Positions 11,706-14,128 of a stretch of DNA of 14,128 nucleotides are shown piece by piece. The DNA comes from Okeania sp. (GTDB lineage Bacteria; Cyanobacteriota; Cyanobacteriia; Cyanobacteriales; Microcoleaceae): assembly GCF_035285525.1 (NCBI RefSeq), contig NZ_JAYKGW010000077.1:1-14128 (forward strand), read 5' to 3'. The translations under genes and the position numbers were made by a program. The first letter of the stretch is position 1, and each line of letters starts with the position of its first letter. The notes below the pieces were generated by a model. It was not told where the DNA came from. It ran no database searches and saw only the letters and a program-made list of their open reading frames with translations.

Positions 11706-14124
11706 TTCTATTATTTAGCCAAAAATAAAGCCAAAAAATTGCTGAAGGTGAGACAATAGGTAACAAAATAGCTCCAGAAATATAAACCTGTAAACTAACT
11801 ATTATATATACTAAATTACCAACAGCAAAAATAACTACTTGCTGATTACGTTTTTGTGGATAATTATTCAATATTAAAATAACACCTTTTCCGATAATAG
11901 CAGCTATCAACATCATCCATAAATCAGGAATAGGAACAACTAATCTATTAGTCAAAAAATGATGTAATAAATAAGCATGAACTTCACCCCCTGTTAATTT
12001 TTCACCATTACTCCAATGACGAAAAGCTATTGGGGGATTATCAATATTATCATCTCCAAGTTTTACTCCCGCATTCTCGTATCCACCAGGAGCTATTATT
12101 ACTATTTGTTCTTTAATTTCATCCCTAATTTCAGTTATTTCACATCTACGAATTTTATTAGGTGCAAGGGAATTACTAGACTCCAAAAGTCGCCAAGCTG
12201 GAATACAATCATATACTTGCTCATAACTAATAGAAAAATCTACAATTGGATGAAGCCACATTTGTCCTAACCAATAAGAAAGAAGAGTCACTAAATTTGA
12301 ACGAGCAATAGGAGAAAATAATTTTTGATGGTTAGTTCCTTTTTCTTGTTTCAGATAATCAGATAACTGACGAAATAAGTCAATCTTACTTTCTAAGTTT
12401 GGTAGTGGTAAATCATCATATTTTTGGTCATAGCTTAGTTTATAAACTAATGCCAACATAGAAGCAAAAGTTAAATCATCTTGGCCTGTATAATCTATAG
12501 TTATTAAATATCGATCATAGATATTTATGTCTCCTTGTAAGCTCCAATTTAAACTAGCAAATTCTTGATGAATACCATGTTCTTTTTCAGCAAAAATAAG
12601 CCATTTTTGTTTTTTTGCTGCTTTTTGAAGTTCTGCTGCTAAGAGGCGATCGCCTTCCCCACCATCAAAACGATCTAATAAATAATCAATACCAATTATT
12701 TTAGCTTGGGACTCAGAAATTTGTCTGACTAGACTAGCTAAATAGTCTCGTTTCATTATAGTAGAATTAGTAATTCCTGCTTTAATAATCGACTCATTAT
12801 CAATTTGTACTAACAATACAGGTGGAGTTTTATTAGTCATAAATTGACCAGTTAACTGACGATAAATAGCTTGTATGAAAACTCGTCTATCTAACAAAAA
12901 TTCTTGTATTGGTAACTGCCAAATAATGACTGCTAAGGATAGTAAAACTGTAGATTCTATGGTGGTAGGAAAATACTTTTTCAACCATTGTTTTAATCCA
13001 AAACGTTCAATTTTAAAAAGCTCAGAGTTAGGGCGACGAAATAGAGAAGGAATTAGATAAGCAGAAGGATAAGTCAGAGATTTTTCAGTTTGATAAAAAG
13101 TACGAGAAGTTTCTAATAAAGCTTCATGTATATCTTTATGTGCTGCTAAACTTTTAGTAAAATTAATGATAAATTCATGGGCAATTTTGTTATGAATAAA
13201 CTCTCGCATAACTATGACTTGAGTTAATCCTAAACTAATTAGAGATTCAGCAATACCAATACCTTTACAAGAATTGAAAATAGCTGCTTGTAAACCATTT
13301 TTTATGGCTGTCTTGAGGGGAGTTTCCAGTTGGCTAATAGACATAAAAACACCAGGAGCAATACTAAATTCACCACCAGTAAAATTAGTTTCATCACTGT
13401 GACCAGCAAAAAACAAAATATCCCAACCATTAGGGTCAGCGATCGCTTGCCAAATCTTGATTTTCAATTCATCAATATTATCTCCTGGTTGCCACCCAAT
13501 AAATTGAACGTAAGTAAGATGAGAAAGAGATTTTACTGCGTCACGGTCAGCTTGAAAATTTAGACGGTTATCGTCTCCAATAATTGTCAAAATTCGTGCT
13601 TTGCGATGAATAGGTTGTACGGTTTTTTCCAGAATATTTGTAGGGGTGCGAGAGATTCTAATTTTCCCTGATGCACCAAAACTACCACTTATTTCCCACG
13701 CTTCCCAAGGTAAACGTGCTAATTCTTCAGCGTTACAGGAAAGAAAAATATCAACCCAGTTAGAGTTGGGTTCATTGGTAGCACTTTTGATTTTTTCTCT
13801 GATGTCATATAAGTTTCTATCACGCAACCATTCGTTAAATTCGCTTACGAGAGTTTTTTCCTCTTCATTTAGTTTTGCTAACCAGTTAATTTCTAGTGCT
13901 GGGGTATCACCTTCATCTATCAGTCTTCCCCGTGAATTTTTAAAGTAGTAATTGTCATAAGCATTTTGCCAACGTTCATAATTTTCTATTAGTTTAGTTG
14001 GATAATAAAGAGTAGTAGAAAGTCTGCGACCATCTTGTGATGATAACTTAAATGAACAGTCTTGTTTATCTAAATTATCTACATTTACAGATTTAATTTC
14101 TATTTCTAAATTAAAATATTTCAT
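11686..14124 (-). CDS. CHAT (caspase-hemoglobinase fold) protease fused to a C-terminal CHASE2 sensor/TM module, HetF-like in architecture
   Basis: CHAT core: ILTIIGDD...WDILFFAGHSDE (His242, codon 13399-13401) and AAIFNSCKGIG (Cys286, codon 13267-13269). The TM segment at about aa 389-405 is followed by CHASE2-like motifs PPVLLVQIDNESI...RDYLASLVRQISESQAKIIGIDYLLD. Three terminal TM segments lie at about aa 735-803. The frame is still open at the window edge, so an upstream start cannot be excluded. Confidence 0.85.
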   Translation of the reverse strand: MKYFNLEIEIKSVNVDNLDKQDCSFKLSSQDGRRLSTTLYYPTKLIENYERWQNAYDNYYFKNSRGRLIDEGDTPALEINWLAKLNEEEKTLVSEFNEWLRDRNLYDIREKIKSATNEPNSNWVDIFLSCNAEELARLPWEAWEISGSFGASGKIRISRTPTNILEKTVQPIHRKARILTIIGDDNRLNFQADRDAVKSLSHLTYVQFIGWQPGDNIDELKIKIWQAIADPNGWDILFFAGHSDETNFTGGEFSIAPGVFMSISQLETPLKTAIKNGLQAAIFNSCKGIGIAESLISLGLTQVIVMREFIHNKIAHEFIINFTKSLAAHKDIHEALLETSRTFYQTEKSLTYPSAYLIPSLFRRPNSELFKIERFGLKQWLKKYFPTTIESTVLLSLAVIIWQLPIQEFLLDRRVFIQAIYRQLTGQFMTNKTPPVLLVQIDNESIIKAGITNSTIMKRDYLASLVRQISESQAKIIGIDYLLDRFDGGEGDRLLAAELQKAAKKQKWLIFAEKEHGIHQEFASLNWSLQGDINIYDRYLITIDYTGQDDLTFASMLALVYKLSYDQKYDDLPLPNLESKIDLFRQLSDYLKQEKGTNHQKLFSPIARSNLVTLLSYWLGQMWLHPIVDFSISYEQVYDCIPAWRLLESSNSLAPNKIRRCEITEIRDEIKEQIVIIAPGGYENAGVKLGDDNIDNPPIAFRHWSNGEKLTGGEVHAYLLHHFLTNRLVVPIPDLWMMLIAAIIGKGVILILNNYPQKRNQQVVIFAVGNLVYIIVSLQVYISGAILLPIVSPSAIFWLYFWLNNRKIINNG

Positions 14125-14128
14125 TGAA

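Noticed and set aside
12016-13948. Four plus-strand ORFs (12016-12270, 12875-13060, 13330-13563, 13646-13948) inside the CHAT-CHASE2 gene
   Set aside because: They are antisense to a long CDS with catalytic and domain motifs. They are short, basic and low-complexity.

Overview
AT-rich cyanobacterial chromosome segment, most likely from a filamentous Nostocales-type genome. The evidence is 8 copies of the HIP1 octamer GCGATCGC, STRR-like heptamer tracts and typical cyanobacterial protein families. Eight CDSs are supportable. (1) 3-3491 (+), cut by the 5' window edge: a sensor histidine kinase with five GAF domains, whose GAFs carry cyanobacteriochrome signatures, two of them with DXCF plus Cys-His. 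(2) 3893-4654 (+): a Uma2-family endonuclease. (3) 5559-6677 (+): a 6-TM protein with a degenerate FHA-like tail. (4) 6598-7965 (+), overlapping gene 3: an exported vWA protein anchored by a C-terminal TM helix. (5) 8313-9077 (+): a class I SAM methyltransferase. (6) 9775-10437 (+): a TerY-like stand-alone vWA protein. (7) 10630-11394 (+): a PP2C phosphatase. (8) 11686-14124 (-), convergent: a CHAT (caspase-fold) protease fused to a CHASE2 sensor/TM module, HetF-like in architecture. The spacers are unusually repeat-dense. They hold a duplicated ~260-bp module with nested MITE-like hairpins (one copy has a 97-bp insertion with a 5-bp duplication), a 63-bp tandem duplication, a 270-bp 9-mer array, an 87-101-bp repeat, purine heptamer tracts and a perfect 26-bp palindrome. 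The best candidate for an undescribed system is the 5.5-14.1 kb cluster: two vWA proteins, an FHA-like membrane protein, a PP2C and a CHAT-CHASE2 protease, with no kinase and no NTPase in the window. It matches no described system that I know, and co-function is only an inference. No tRNA, rRNA, CRISPR array or transposase gene was seen.
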